The position numbers were made by a program, and so were the translations under genes. From Eledone cirrhosa (taxonomy: Eukaryota), in the NCBI GenBank assembly GCA_964016885.1, contig OZ024740.1:296174001-296238000 (forward strand): 64,000 bases of DNA, written 5' to 3'. The notes beneath the pieces are model-generated. The model made no database searches, was not told the origin of the DNA, and was given only the letters and a program-made list of their open reading frames with translations. Shown here in pieces: positions 1 to 12,150 of this stretch; the stretch's first letter is position 1; the number at the start of each line of letters is the position of its first letter.

Positions 1-186
1 TTTCTTCAAAAAAATCCGAAATTTTCGGCAAAAATTGACGATATTTTCGGGAAAAAACGCCGAAATTTTCGAGGAAAAATGAAAAGATTTTCGGCCAAAA
101 TGACGAAATTTTCGGGAAAAAACGACGAAATTTTCGTGAAAAAATGCCCAAATGTTCGGAAAAAATGACGAAATTTTCGGCAAAAA
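1..186 (+). repeat. Sat-B block (partial, 3' end)
   Basis: 22-bp units aaaaattgacgaaattttcggc; ends with the conserved ...atgcccaaatgttcgg...cggcaaaaa. Confidence 0.9.
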
Positions 187-272
187 TTAGGAGGTAGAAT
201 CTTAGGGGGTAGAACCTTAGGAGGTAAAACCTTAGGAGGTAGAACCAAGGGGTAGAACCTTAGGGGGAATCC
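187..272 (+). repeat. Linker C: 4x15-bp TTAGG[A/G]GGTAGAACC plus two 13-bp variants
   Basis: ttaggaggtagaatc ttagggggtagaacc ttaggaggtaaaacc ttaggaggtagaacc aaggggtagaacc ttagggggaatcc. Confidence 0.95.
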
Positions 273-1779
273 ATTTTTTATTTCGGTGATCCATTTTCTA
301 TTTGGGGGATCCATTTTTTATTTCGGTGATCCATTTTTTATTTGGGTGATCCACTTTTTATTTGATGGATCTCCCAAATAAAAAATGGATCACCCAAATA
401 AAAAATGGATCCCCCAAATAAAAAATGGATCACCCAAATAAAAAATGGATCACCCAAATAAAAACTTGATCCTCCAAATAAAAAATTGATCACCCAAATA
501 AAAAATGGATCCCCCAAATAAAAAATGGATCCCCCAAATAAAAAATGGATCCCCCAAATAAAAAATGGATCACCCAAATAAAAACTGGATCCCCCAAATA
601 AAAAATGGATCACCCAAATAAAAAATTGATCACCCAAATAAAAAATGGATCGCCCAAATAAAAAATGGATCCAAAAAATTAAAAATGGATCACCCAAATA
701 AAAAATGGATCACCCAAATAAAAAATGGATACCCCAAATAAAAAATGGATACCCAAATAAAAAATGGATCACGCAAATAAAAAATGGATCCCCCAAATAA
801 AAAATGGATCACCCAAATAAAAAATGGATCCCCCAAATAAAAAATGGATCACCCAAATAAAAAATGGATCCCCCAAATAAAAAATGGATCACCCAAATAA
901 AAAATGGATCCCCCAAATAAAAAATGGATCCCCCAAATAAAAAATGGATCCCCCAAATAAAAAATGGATCACCCAAATTAAAAATGGATCACCCAAATAA
1001 AAAATGGATCGCCCAAATAAAAAATGGATCACCCAAATAAAAAATGGATCACCCAAATAAAAAATGGATCCCCCAAATAAAAAATAGATCCCCCAAATAA
1101 AAAATGGATCCCCCAAATAAAAAATGGATCACCCTAATAAAAAATGGATCACCCAAATAAAAAATGGATCCCCCAAATAAAAAATGGATCACCCTAATAA
1201 AAAATGGATCCCCCCAAATAAAAAATGGATCACCCAAATAAAAAATGGATCCCTTTTTTATTTAGCGGATCCATTTTTTATTTCGGGCATCCATTTTTTA
1301 TTTGGCTGATCCATTTTTTATTTGGGTGATCCATTCTTTATTTGGGGGATCCATTTTTTATTTCGGTGATCCATTTTTAATTTGGGTGATCCATTTTTTA
1401 TTTGGGGGATCCATTTTTTATTTGGGTGATCCATTTTTTATTTGGGGGATCCATTTTTTATTTCGGTGATCCATTTTTTATTTGGGTGATCCATTTTTTA
1501 TTTGGGGGATCCATTTTTTATTTGGGTGATCCATTTTTTATTTGGTGGATCCAATTTTTATTTGGGGGATCCATTTTTTACTTGGGTGATCCATTTTTTA
1601 TTTGGGGTATCCATTTTTAATTTGGGTGATCCATTTTTTATTTGGGTGATCCATTTTTTATTTGAGGGATACATTTTTTATTTGGGGGATCCATTTTTTA
1701 TTTGATGGATCTCCCAAATAAAAAATGGATCACCCAAATAAAAAATGGATCACCCAAATAAAAAATGGATCACCCAAAT
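273..1779. repeat. Sat-A island, 3 orientation switches (~368, ~1248, ~1708)
   Basis: 20-bp monomers in rev-fwd-rev-fwd arms. Confidence 0.93.
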
Positions 1780-3206
1780 TGATGCTGAAATATTATGGAA
1801 AAAATGACGAAATTTTCTGGAAAAAATGACGAAATTTTTGGAAAAATTGACGAAATATTCTGGATAAATTGACGAAATATTCGTGAAAAATGTCGAAATT
1901 TTTTGGAAACAATGACGAAATTGTCGTCAAAAAATGACGAAATTTTCGGGAAATTTTGACGAAATTTTCTGTGAAAAATGCCGAAATTTTCGGGGAAAAC
2001 GTCGAAATTTTCGGCAAAAATTGTTGAAATTTTCGGCAGAAATTGTTGAAATTTTCGGCTGAAACTGACGAAATTTTCGGGAAAAAATGACGAAATTTCC
2101 GGCAAAAATTTACGAAATTTTCATGAAAAAAATGATGAAATTTTCTGTAAAAATTGACGAAAGTTTCGGGAAAAAATACTGAAATTTTCTGGAAAAAATG
2201 ACGAAATTTTTAGCAAAAATGACGAAATTTTCTGGAAAAATTGACGAAATATCCTGGATAAATTGACGAAATATTCGGCAAAAAATGTCGAAATTTTTTT
2301 GAAAAAATGACGAAATTATCGGCAAAAAATGATGAAATTTTCGGGAAAAATTGACGAAATTTTCTTTGATAAATGCCGAAATTTTCGGGAAAAAACGTCG
2401 AAATTTTCGGCTGAAACTGACGAAATTTTCGGGAAAAAATGATGATATTTTTGGCAAAAATTGACTAAATTTTCCGGAAAAAATGACGAAATATTCGGCA
2501 AAAAATGACGAAATTTTCGTGAAAAAATGCCGAAATTTTCCGCAAAAATTGACTAAATTTTCGGGGAAAATTGACGAAATTTTCGGTAAAAAATCAGGAA
2601 TTTTTAGGCAAAAATTGACGAAATTTTCGGGAAAAATTGACGAAATTTTCGGGGGAAAATGCCGAAACTTTAGGGAAAAAATGATAAAATTTTCGGCAAA
2701 AATTGACTACATTTTCGTGAAAAAATGCCGAAATTTTCCGCAAAAATTGACTAAATTTTCTGTAAAAATTGACGAAATTTTCGGTAAAAAATGAGGAATT
2801 TTTAGGCAAAAATTGACGAAATTTTCGGGAAAAAATGCCGAAATTTTAGGGGAAAAAATGATGAAATTTTCGGCAAAAATTGACGACATTTTCGGAAAAA
2901 AATGACGAAAGTTTCGGGAAAAAATGCCTAAATTTTCGGGAAAAAAGGACGAAATTTTCGGTAAAAAGTGACGAAATTTTCGGCAAAAATTGACGAAATT
3001 TTCGGCAGAATTTGACGAAATTTTCTTCAAAAAAATCCGAAATTTTCGGCAAAAATTGACGCTATTTTCGGGAAAAAACGCCGAAATTTTCAGGAAAAAT
3101 GAAAAAATTTTCGGCCAAAATGACGAAATTTTCGGGAAAAAACGACGAAATTTTCGTGAAAAAATGCCCAAATGTTCGGAAAAAATGACGAAATTTTCGG
3201 CAAAAA
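1780..3206 (+). repeat. Sat-B block
   Basis: ~22-bp units with CGAAATTTTCG core. Confidence 0.93.
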
Positions 3207-3292
3207 TTAGGAGGTAGAATCTTAGGGGGTAGAACCTTAGGAGGTAAAACCTTAGGAGGTAGAACCAAGGGGTAGAACCTTAGGGGGAATCC
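3207..3292 (+). repeat. Linker C
   Basis: Same sequence as 187-272, offset 3020. Confidence 0.95.
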
Positions 3293-4580
3293 ATTTTTTA
3301 TTTCGGTGATCCATTTTCTATTTGGGGGATCCATTTTTTATTTCGGTGATCCATTTTTTATTTGGGTTATCCATTTTTTATTTGATGGATCTCCCAAATA
3401 AAAAATGGATCACCCAAATAAAAAATGGATCACCCAAATAAAAAATGGATCACCCAAATAAAAACTTGATCCTCCAAATAAAAAATGGATCACCCAAATA
3501 AAAAATGGATCCCCCAAATAAAAAATGGATCCCCCAAATAAAAAATGGATCCCCCAAATAAAAAATGGATCACCCAAATAAAAACTGGATCCCCCAAATA
3601 AAAAATGGATCCCCCAAATAAAAAATTGATCACCCAAATAAAAAATGGATCGCCCAAATAAAAAATGGATCCAAAAAATTAAAAATGGATCACCCAAATA
3701 AAAAATGGATCACCCAAATAAAAAATGGATACCCCAAATAAAAAATAGATCACCCAAATAAAAAATGGACCCCCAAATAAAAAATGGATCACCCAAATAA
3801 AAAATGGATCCCCCAAATAAAAAATGGATCACCCAAATAAAAAATGGATCCCCCAAATAAAAAATGGATCCCCCAAATAAAAAATGGATCCCCCAAATAA
3901 AAAATGGATCACCCAAATTAAAAATGTATTACCAAATAAAAAATGGAACGCCCAAATAAAAAATGGATCGCCCAAATAAAAAATGGATCACCCAAATAAA
4001 AAATGGATCACCCAAATAAAAAATGGATCCCCCAAATAAAAAATAGATCCCCCAAATAGAAAATGGATCCCCCAAATAAAAAATGGATCACCCAAATAAA
4101 AAATGGATCCCCCAAATAAAAAATGGATCCCCCAAATAAAGAATGGATCACCCTAATAAAAAATGGATCCCCCCAAATAAAAAATGGATCACCCAAATAA
4201 AAAATGGATCCCTTTTTTATTTGGGGGATCCATTTTTTATTTGGGGGAACCATTTTTTATTTGGGTGATCCATTTTTTACTTGGGTGACCCATTTTTTAT
4301 TTGGGGTATCCATTTTTAATTTGGGTGATCCATTTTTTATTTGGGTGATCCATTTTTTTATTTGAGGGATCCATTTTTTATTTGAGGGATACATTTTTTA
4401 TTTGGGGGATCCATTTTTTATTTGGGAGATCCATTTTTTATTTGGGTTATCCATTTTTTTATTTGAGGGATCCATTTTTTATTTGAGGGATACATTTTTT
4501 ATTTGGGGGATCCATTTTTTATTTGATGGATCTCCCAAATAAAAAATGGATCACCCAAATAAAAAATGGATCACCCAAAT
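3293..4580. repeat. Sat-A island, 3 switches
   Basis: Junctions near 3388, 4208, 4530. Confidence 0.92.
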
Positions 4581-5900
4581 TAATGCTGAAATTTTCTGGA
4601 AAAAATGACGAAATTTTCTGGAAAAAATGACGAAATTTTCAGCAAAAATGACGAAATTTTCTGGAAAAATTGACGAAATATTCTGGATAAATTCACGAAA
4701 TATTCGTGAAAAAATGTCGAAATTTTTTGGAAACAATGACGAAATTATCGGCAAAAAATGACGAAATTTTCGGGAAATATTGACGAAATTTTCTGTGAAA
4801 AATGCCGAAATTTTCGGGAAAAAACGTCGAAATTTTCGGCAAAAATTGTTGAAATTTTCGGCTGAAACTGACGAAATTTTCGGGAAAAAATGACGAAATT
4901 TTTAGCAAAAATGACGAAATTTTCTGTAAAAATTGACGAAATATCCTGGATAAATTGACGAAATATTCGGTAAAAAATGTCGAAATTTTTTGGAAAAAAT
5001 GACGAAATTATCGGCAAAAAATGATGAAATTTTCGGAAAAAATTGACGAAATTTTCTTTGAAAAATGCCGAAATTTTCGGGAAAAAACGTCGAAATTTTC
5101 GCTGAAACTGACGAAATTTTCGGGAAAAAATGATGAAATTTTGGGCAAAAATTGACTAAATTTTCCGGAAAAAATCACGAAATTTTCGGCAAAAAATGAC
5201 GAAATTTTCGTGAAAAAATGCCGAAATTTTCCGCAAAAATTGACTAAATTTTCGGGGAAAATTGACGAAATTGTCGGTAAAAAATCAGGAATTTTTAGGC
5301 AAAAATTGACGAAATTTTCGGGAAAAATTGACGAAATTTTCGGGGGAAAATGCCGAAACTTTAGGGAAAAAAATGATAAAATTTTCGGCAAAAATTGACT
5401 ACATTTTCGGGAAAAAATGACGAAAGTTTCGGCAAAAAGTGACGAAATTTTCTTGGAAAAATGCCGAAATTTATCTGGAAAAAACGTCGAAATTTTCGGC
5501 AAAAATTGTTGAAATTTTCGGCTGAAATTGACGAAATTTTCGGGAAAAAATGATGAAATTTTCGGCAAAAATTGACTAAATTTTCCGGAAAAAATCACGA
5601 AATTTTCGGCAAAAAATGACGAAATTTTCGTGAAAAAATGCCGAAATTTTCCACAAAAATTGACTAAATTTTCGGCAAAAATTGACTAAATTTTCGGCAG
5701 AATTTGACGAAATTTTCTTCAAAAAAATCCGAAATTTTCGGCAAAAATTGACGATATTTTCGGGAAAAAATGCCGAAATTTTCAAGGAAAAATGAAAAAT
5801 TTTTCGGCCAAAATGACGAAATTTTCGGGAAAAAACGACGAAATTTTCGTGAAAAAATGCCCAAATGTTCGGCAAAAAATTACGAAATTTTCGGCAAAAA
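4581..5900 (+). repeat. Sat-B block
   Basis: Starts taatgctgaaattttctgg; 22-bp units. Confidence 0.93.
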
Positions 5901-5971
5901 TTAGGAGGTAGAATCTTAGGGGGTAGAACCTTAGGAGGTAGAACCAAGCGGTAGAACCTTAGGGGGAATCC
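5901..5971 (+). repeat. Linker C (one 15-bp unit shorter; ccaagcgg variant)
   Basis: 3x15-bp units plus tail. Confidence 0.93.
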
Positions 5972-7415
5972 ATTTTTTATTTCGGTGATCCATTTTCTAT
6001 TTGGGGGATCCATTTTTTATTTCGGTGATCCATTTTTTATTTGGGTGATCCATTTTTTATTTCATGGATCTCCCAAATAAAAAATGGATCCCCCAAATAA
6101 AAGATGGATCCCCCAAATAAAAAATGGATCACCCTAATAAAAAATGGATCCCCCCAAATAAAAAATGGATCCATTTTTTATTTGGGTGATCCATTTTTTA
6201 TTTGGGTGATCCATTTTTCATTTGGGTGATCCATTTTTTATTTGGTTGATCCATCTTTTATTAGGGGTATCCATTTTTAATTTGGGTGATCCATCTTTTA
6301 TTAGGGGTATCCATTTTTAATTTGGGTGATCCATTTTTTATTTGGGTGATCCATTTTTTATTTGAGGGATCCATTTTTTATTTGGGGGATCCATTTTTAA
6401 TTTGATGGATCTCCCAAATAAAAAATGGATCACCCAAATAAAAAATGGATCCCTCAAATAAAAAATGGATCACCCAAATAAAAAATGGATCACCCAAATA
6501 AAAAATGGATCCCCCAAATAAAAAATTGATCACCCAAATAAAAAATGGATCACCCAAATAAAAAATGGATCCCCCAAATAAAAAATGGTTCACCCAAATA
6601 AAAAATGGATCACCCAAATAAAAAATGGATCCCCTAAATAAAAAATGGATCACCAAATCAAAAATGGATCACCCAAATAAAAAATGGATCCCCCAAATAA
6701 AAAATGGATCACCCAAATAAAAAATGGATCCCCCAAATAAAAATGGATCACCCAAATAAAAAATGGATCACTCAAATAAAAAATGGATCCCCCAAATAAA
6801 AAATGAATCACCCAAATAAAAAATGGATCCCTTTTTTATTTAGAGGATCCATTTTTTATTTCGGGGATCCATTTTTTATTTGGGTGATCCATTTTTTATT
6901 TGGGTGATCCATTCTTTATTTGGGGCATCCATTTTTTATTTGGGTGATCCATTTTTCATTTGGGTGATCCATTTTTTATTTGGGGGATCCATTTTTTATT
7001 TCGGTGATCCATTTTTTATTTGGGTGATCCATTTTTTATTTGGGGGATCCATTTTTTATTTGGGTGATCCATTTTTATTTGGGGGTCCATTTTTTATTTG
7101 GGTGATCCATTTTTTATTTGGGTGATCCATTTTTTATTTGGTTGATCCATTTTTTATTAGGGGTATCCATTTTTAATTTGGGTGATCCATTTATTATTTG
7201 GGTGATCCATTTTTTATTTGAGCGATCCATTTTGTATTTGGGGGATCCATTTTTTATTTGATGGATCTCCCAAATAAAAAATGGATCACCCAAATAAAAA
7301 ATGGATCCCTCAAATAAAAAATGGATCACCCAAATAAAAAATGGATCCCCCAAATAAAAAATTGATCACCCAAATAAAAAATGGATCACCGAAATAAAAA
7401 ATGGATCACCCAAAT
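5972..7415. repeat. Sat-A island, 5 switches
   Basis: Junctions near 6067, 6170, 6408, 6828, 7264. Confidence 0.92.
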
Positions 7416-7746
7416 TAATGCTGAAATTTTCTGGAAAAAATGACGAAATTTTCTGGAAAAAATGACGAAATTTTCCGGAAGAAATCACGAAATTTTCGGC
7501 AAAAAATGACGAAATTTTCGTGAAAAAATGCCGAAATTTTCCGCAAAAATTGACTAAATTTTCGGCAAAAATTGACTAAATTTTCGGCAGAATTTGACGA
7601 AATTTTCGGGAAAAAACGCCGAAATTTTCGAGGAAAAATGAAAAAAATTTCGGCCAAAATGACGAAATTTTCGGGAAAAAACGACGAAATTTTCGTGAAA
7701 AAATGCCCAAATGTTCGGCAAAAAATTACGAAATTTTCGGCAAAAA
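7416..7746 (+). repeat. Short Sat-B block (internally deleted)
   Basis: Conserved first and last units retained. Confidence 0.92.
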
Positions 7747-7832
7747 TTAGGAGGTAGAATCTTAGGGGGTAGAACCTTAGGAGGTAAAACCTTAGGAGGT
7801 AGAACCAAGCGGTAGAACCTTAGGGGGAATCC
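7747..7832 (+). repeat. Linker C (ccaagcgg variant)
   Basis: 15-bp TTAGG units. Confidence 0.94.
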
Positions 7833-9359
7833 ATTTTTTATTTCGGTGATCCATTTTCTATTTGGGGGATCCATTTTTTATTTCGGTGATCCATTTTTTA
7901 TTTGGGTGACCCATTTTTTATTTCATGGATCTCCCAAATAAAAAATGGATCCCCCAAATAAAAGATGGATCCCCCAAATAAAAAATGGATCACCCTAATA
8001 AAAAATTGATCCCCCCAAATAAAAAATGGATCCATTTTTTATTTGGGTGATCCATTTTTTATTTGGGTGATCCATTTTTCATTTGGGTGATCCATTTTTT
8101 ATTTGGTTGATCCATCTTTTATTAGGGGTATCCATTTTTAATTTGGGTGATCCATCTTTTATTAGGGGTATCCATTTTTAATTTGGGTGATCCATTTTTT
8201 ATTTGGGTGATCCATTTTTTATTTGAGGGATCCATTTTTTATTTGGGGGATCCATTTTTTATTTGATGGATCTCCCAAATAAAAAATGGATCACCCAAAT
8301 AAAAAATGGATCCCTCAAATAAAAAATGGATCACCCAAATAAAAAATGGATCACCCAAATAAAAAATGGATCCCCCAAATAAAAAATTGATCACCCAAAT
8401 AAAAAATGGATCACCCAAATAAAAAATGGATCCCCCAAATAAAAAATGGTTCACCCAAATAAAAAATGTATCACCCAAATAAAAAATGGATCCCCTAAAT
8501 AAAAAATGGATCACCAAATCAAAAATGGATCACCCAAATAAAAAATGGATCCCCCAAATAAAAAATGGATCACCCAAATAAAAAATGGATCCCCCAAATA
8601 AAAACGGATCACCCAAATAAAAAATGGATCACCCAAATAAAAAATGGATCCCCCAAATAAAAAATGAATCACCCAAATAAAAAATGGATCCCTTTTTTAT
8701 TTAGAGGATCCATTTTTTACTTGGGTGACCCATTTTTTATTTGGGGTATCCATTTTTAATTTGGGTGATCCATTTTTTATTTGGGTGATCCATTTTTTTA
8801 TTTGAGGGATCCATTTTTTATTTGAGGGATACATTTTTTATTTGGGGGATCCATTTTTTATTTGGGAGATCCATTTTTTATTTGGGTGATCCATTTTTTT
8901 ATTTGAGGGATCCATTTTTTATTTGAGGGATACATTTTTTATTTGGGGGATCCATTTTTTATTTGGGAGATCCATTTTTTATTTGGGTGATCCATTTTTT
9001 TATTTGAGGGATCCATTTTTTATTTGAGGGATACATTTTTTATTTGGGAGATCCATTTTTTATTTCGGTGATCCATTTTTTATTTGGGTGATCCATTTTT
9101 TATTTGGGGGATCCATTTTTTATTTGGGTGATCCATTTTTATTTGGGGGTCCATTTTTTATTTGGGTGATCCATTTTTTATTTGGGTGATCCATTTTTTA
9201 TTTGGGGTATCCATTTTTAATTTGGGTGATCAATTTTTTATTTGGGTGATCCATTTTTTATTTGAGGGATACATTTTTTATTTGGGGGATTCATTTTTTA
9301 TTTGATGGATCTCCCAAATAAAAAATGGATCACCGAAATAAAAAATGGATCACCCAAAC
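7833..9359. repeat. Sat-A island, 5 switches
   Basis: Junctions near 7928, 8030, 8270, 8688, 9308. Confidence 0.92.
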
Positions 9360-10240
9360 TAATGCTGAAATTTTCTGGAAAAAATGACGATATTTTCTGG
9401 AAAAAATGACGAAATTTTCAGCAAAAATGACGAAATTTTCTGGAAAAATTGACGAAAAATTCTGGATAAATTGACGAAATATTCGTGAAAAAATGTCGAA
9501 ATTTTTTGGAAACAATGACGAAATTGTCGTCAAAAAATGACGAAATTTTCGGGAAATATTGACGAAATTTCCTGTGAAAAATGCCGAAATTTTCGGGAAA
9601 AAACGTCGAAATTTTCGGCAAAAATTGTTGAAATTTTCGGCTGAAACTGACGAAATTTTCGGGAAAAAATGACGAAATTTCCGGCAAAAATTTACGAAAT
9701 TTTCATGAAAAAATGATGAAATTTTCTGTAAAAATTGACGAAAGTTTCGGGAAAAAACGTCGAAATTTTCGGCTGAAACTGACGAAATTTTCGGGAAAAA
9801 ATGATGAAATTTTTGGCAAAAATTGACTAAATTTTCCGGAAAAAATGACGAAATATTCGGCAAAAATTGACGAAATTTTCGTGAAAAAATGCCGAAATTT
9901 TTCCGCAAAAATTGACTAAATTTTCTGTAAAAAATGCCGAAATTTTAGGGGAAAAAATGATGAAATTTTCGGCAAAAATTGACGACATTTTCGGGAAAAA
10001 ATGACGAAAGTTTCGGGAAAAAATGCCTAAATTTTCGGGAAAAAAGGACGAAATTTTCGGTAAAAAGTGACGAAATTTTCGGCAAAAATTGACGAAATTT
10101 TCGGGAAAAAATGCCGAAATTTTAGGGGAAAAATGAAAAAAATTTCGGCCAAAATGACGAAATTTTCGGAAAAAACGACGAAATTTTCGTGAAAAAATGC
10201 CCAAATGTTCGGCAAAAAATGACGAAATTTTCGGCAAAAA
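9360..10240 (+). repeat. Sat-B block
   Basis: 22-bp units. Confidence 0.92.
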
Positions 10241-10326
10241 TTAGGAGGTAGAATCTTAGGGGGTAGAACCTTAGGAGGTAAAACCTTAGGAGGTAGAACC
10301 AAGGGGTAGAACCTTAGGGGGAATCC
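10241..10326 (+). repeat. Linker C
   Basis: 15-bp TTAGG units. Confidence 0.94.
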
Positions 10327-11689
10327 ATTTTTTATTTCCGTGATCCATTTTCTATTTGGGGGATCCATTTTTTATTTCGGTGATCCATTTTTTATTTGGG
10401 TGATCCATTTTTTATTTGATGGATCTCCCAAATAAAAAATGGATCACCCAAATAAAAAATGGATCCCCCAAATAAAAAATGGATCACCCAAATAAAAAAT
10501 GGATCACCCAAATAAAAGCTTGATCCTCCAAATAAAAAATGGATCACCCAAATAGAAAATGGATCCCCCAAATAAAAAATGGATCACCCAAATAAAAACT
10601 GGATCCCCCAAATAAAAAATGGATCCCCCAAATAAAAAATTGATCACCCAAACAAAAAATGGATCGCCCAAATAAAAAATGGATCCAAAAAATTAAAAAT
10701 GGATCACCCAAATAAAAAATGGATCACCCAAATAAAAAATGGATACCCCAAATAAAAAATGGATCACCCAAATAAAAAATGGACCCCCAAATAAAAAATG
10801 GATCACCCAAATTAAAAATGGATCACCCAAATAAAAAATGGATCGCCCAAATAAAAAATGGATCGCCCAAATAAAAAATGGATCACCCAAATAAAAAATG
10901 GATCCCCCAAATAAAAAATGGATCACCCAAATAAAAAATGGATCACCGAAATAAAAAATGGATCCCCCAAATAAAAAATGGATCACCCAAATAAAAAATG
11001 GATCCCCCAAATGAAAAATGGATCACCGAAATAAAAAATGGATCAGCCAAATAAAAAATGAATCACCCAAATAAAAAATGGATCACCCAAATAAAAAATG
11101 GATCCCGCAAATAAAAAATGGATCACCCAAATAAAAAATGGATCCCTTTTTTATTTAGCGGATCCATTTTTTATTTGGGGGATCCATTTTTTATTTGGGT
11201 GATCCATTTTTTATTTGGGTGATCCATTTTTCATTTGGGGGATCCATTTTTTATTTGGGTGATCCATTTTTTATTTGGGGGATCCATTTTTTATTTCGGT
11301 GATCCATTTTTTATTTGGGTGATCCATTTTTTATTTACGGGATCCATTTTTTATTTGGGTGATCCATTTTATATTTGGTGGATCCATTTTTTATTTGGGG
11401 GATCTATTTTTTATTTGGGTGATCAATTTTTTATTTCGGTGATCCATTTTTTATTTGGTGATCTATTTTTTATTTGGGGGAACCATTTTTTATTTGGGTG
11501 ATCCATTTTTATTTGGGTGATCCATTTTTTATTTGGGTTATCCATTTTTAATTTGGGTGATCCATTTTTTATTTGGGTGATCCATTTTTTATTTGAGGGA
11601 TACATTTTTATTTGGGGGATCCATTTTTTATTTGATGGATCTCCCAAATAAAAAATGGATCACCCAAATAAAAAATGGATCACCCAAAT
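10327..11689. repeat. Sat-A island, 3 switches
   Basis: Junctions near 10422, 11142, 11638. Confidence 0.92.
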
Positions 11690-12064
11690 TAATGCTGAAA
11701 TTTTCTGGAAAAAATGACGAAATTTTCTGGAAAAAATGACGAAATTTTCCGGAAGAAATCACGAAATTTTCGGCAAAAAATGACGAAATTTTCGTGAAAA
11801 AATGCCGAAATTTTCCGCAAAAATTGACTAAATTTTCGGCAAAAATTGACTAAATTTTCGGCAGAATTTGACGAAATTTTCTTCAAAAAAATCCGAAATT
11901 TTCGGCAAAAATTGACGATATTTTCGGGAAAAAACGCCGAAATTTTCGAGGAAAAATGAAAAAAATTTCGGCCAAAATGACGAAATTTTCGGAAAAAAAC
12001 GACGAAATTTTCGTGAAAAAATGCCCAAATGTTCGGCAAAAAATTACGAAATTTTCGGCAAAAA
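11690..12064 (+). repeat. Short Sat-B block
   Basis: Shares the ccggaagaaatcacga join with 7416-7746. Confidence 0.92.
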
Positions 12065-12150
12065 TTAGGAGGTAGAATCTTAGGGGGTAGAACCTTAGGA
12101 GGTAAAACCTTAGGAGGTAGAACCAAGCGGTAGAACCTTAGGGGGAATCC
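12065..12150 (+). repeat. Linker C (ccaagcgg variant)
   Basis: 15-bp TTAGG units. Confidence 0.94.
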
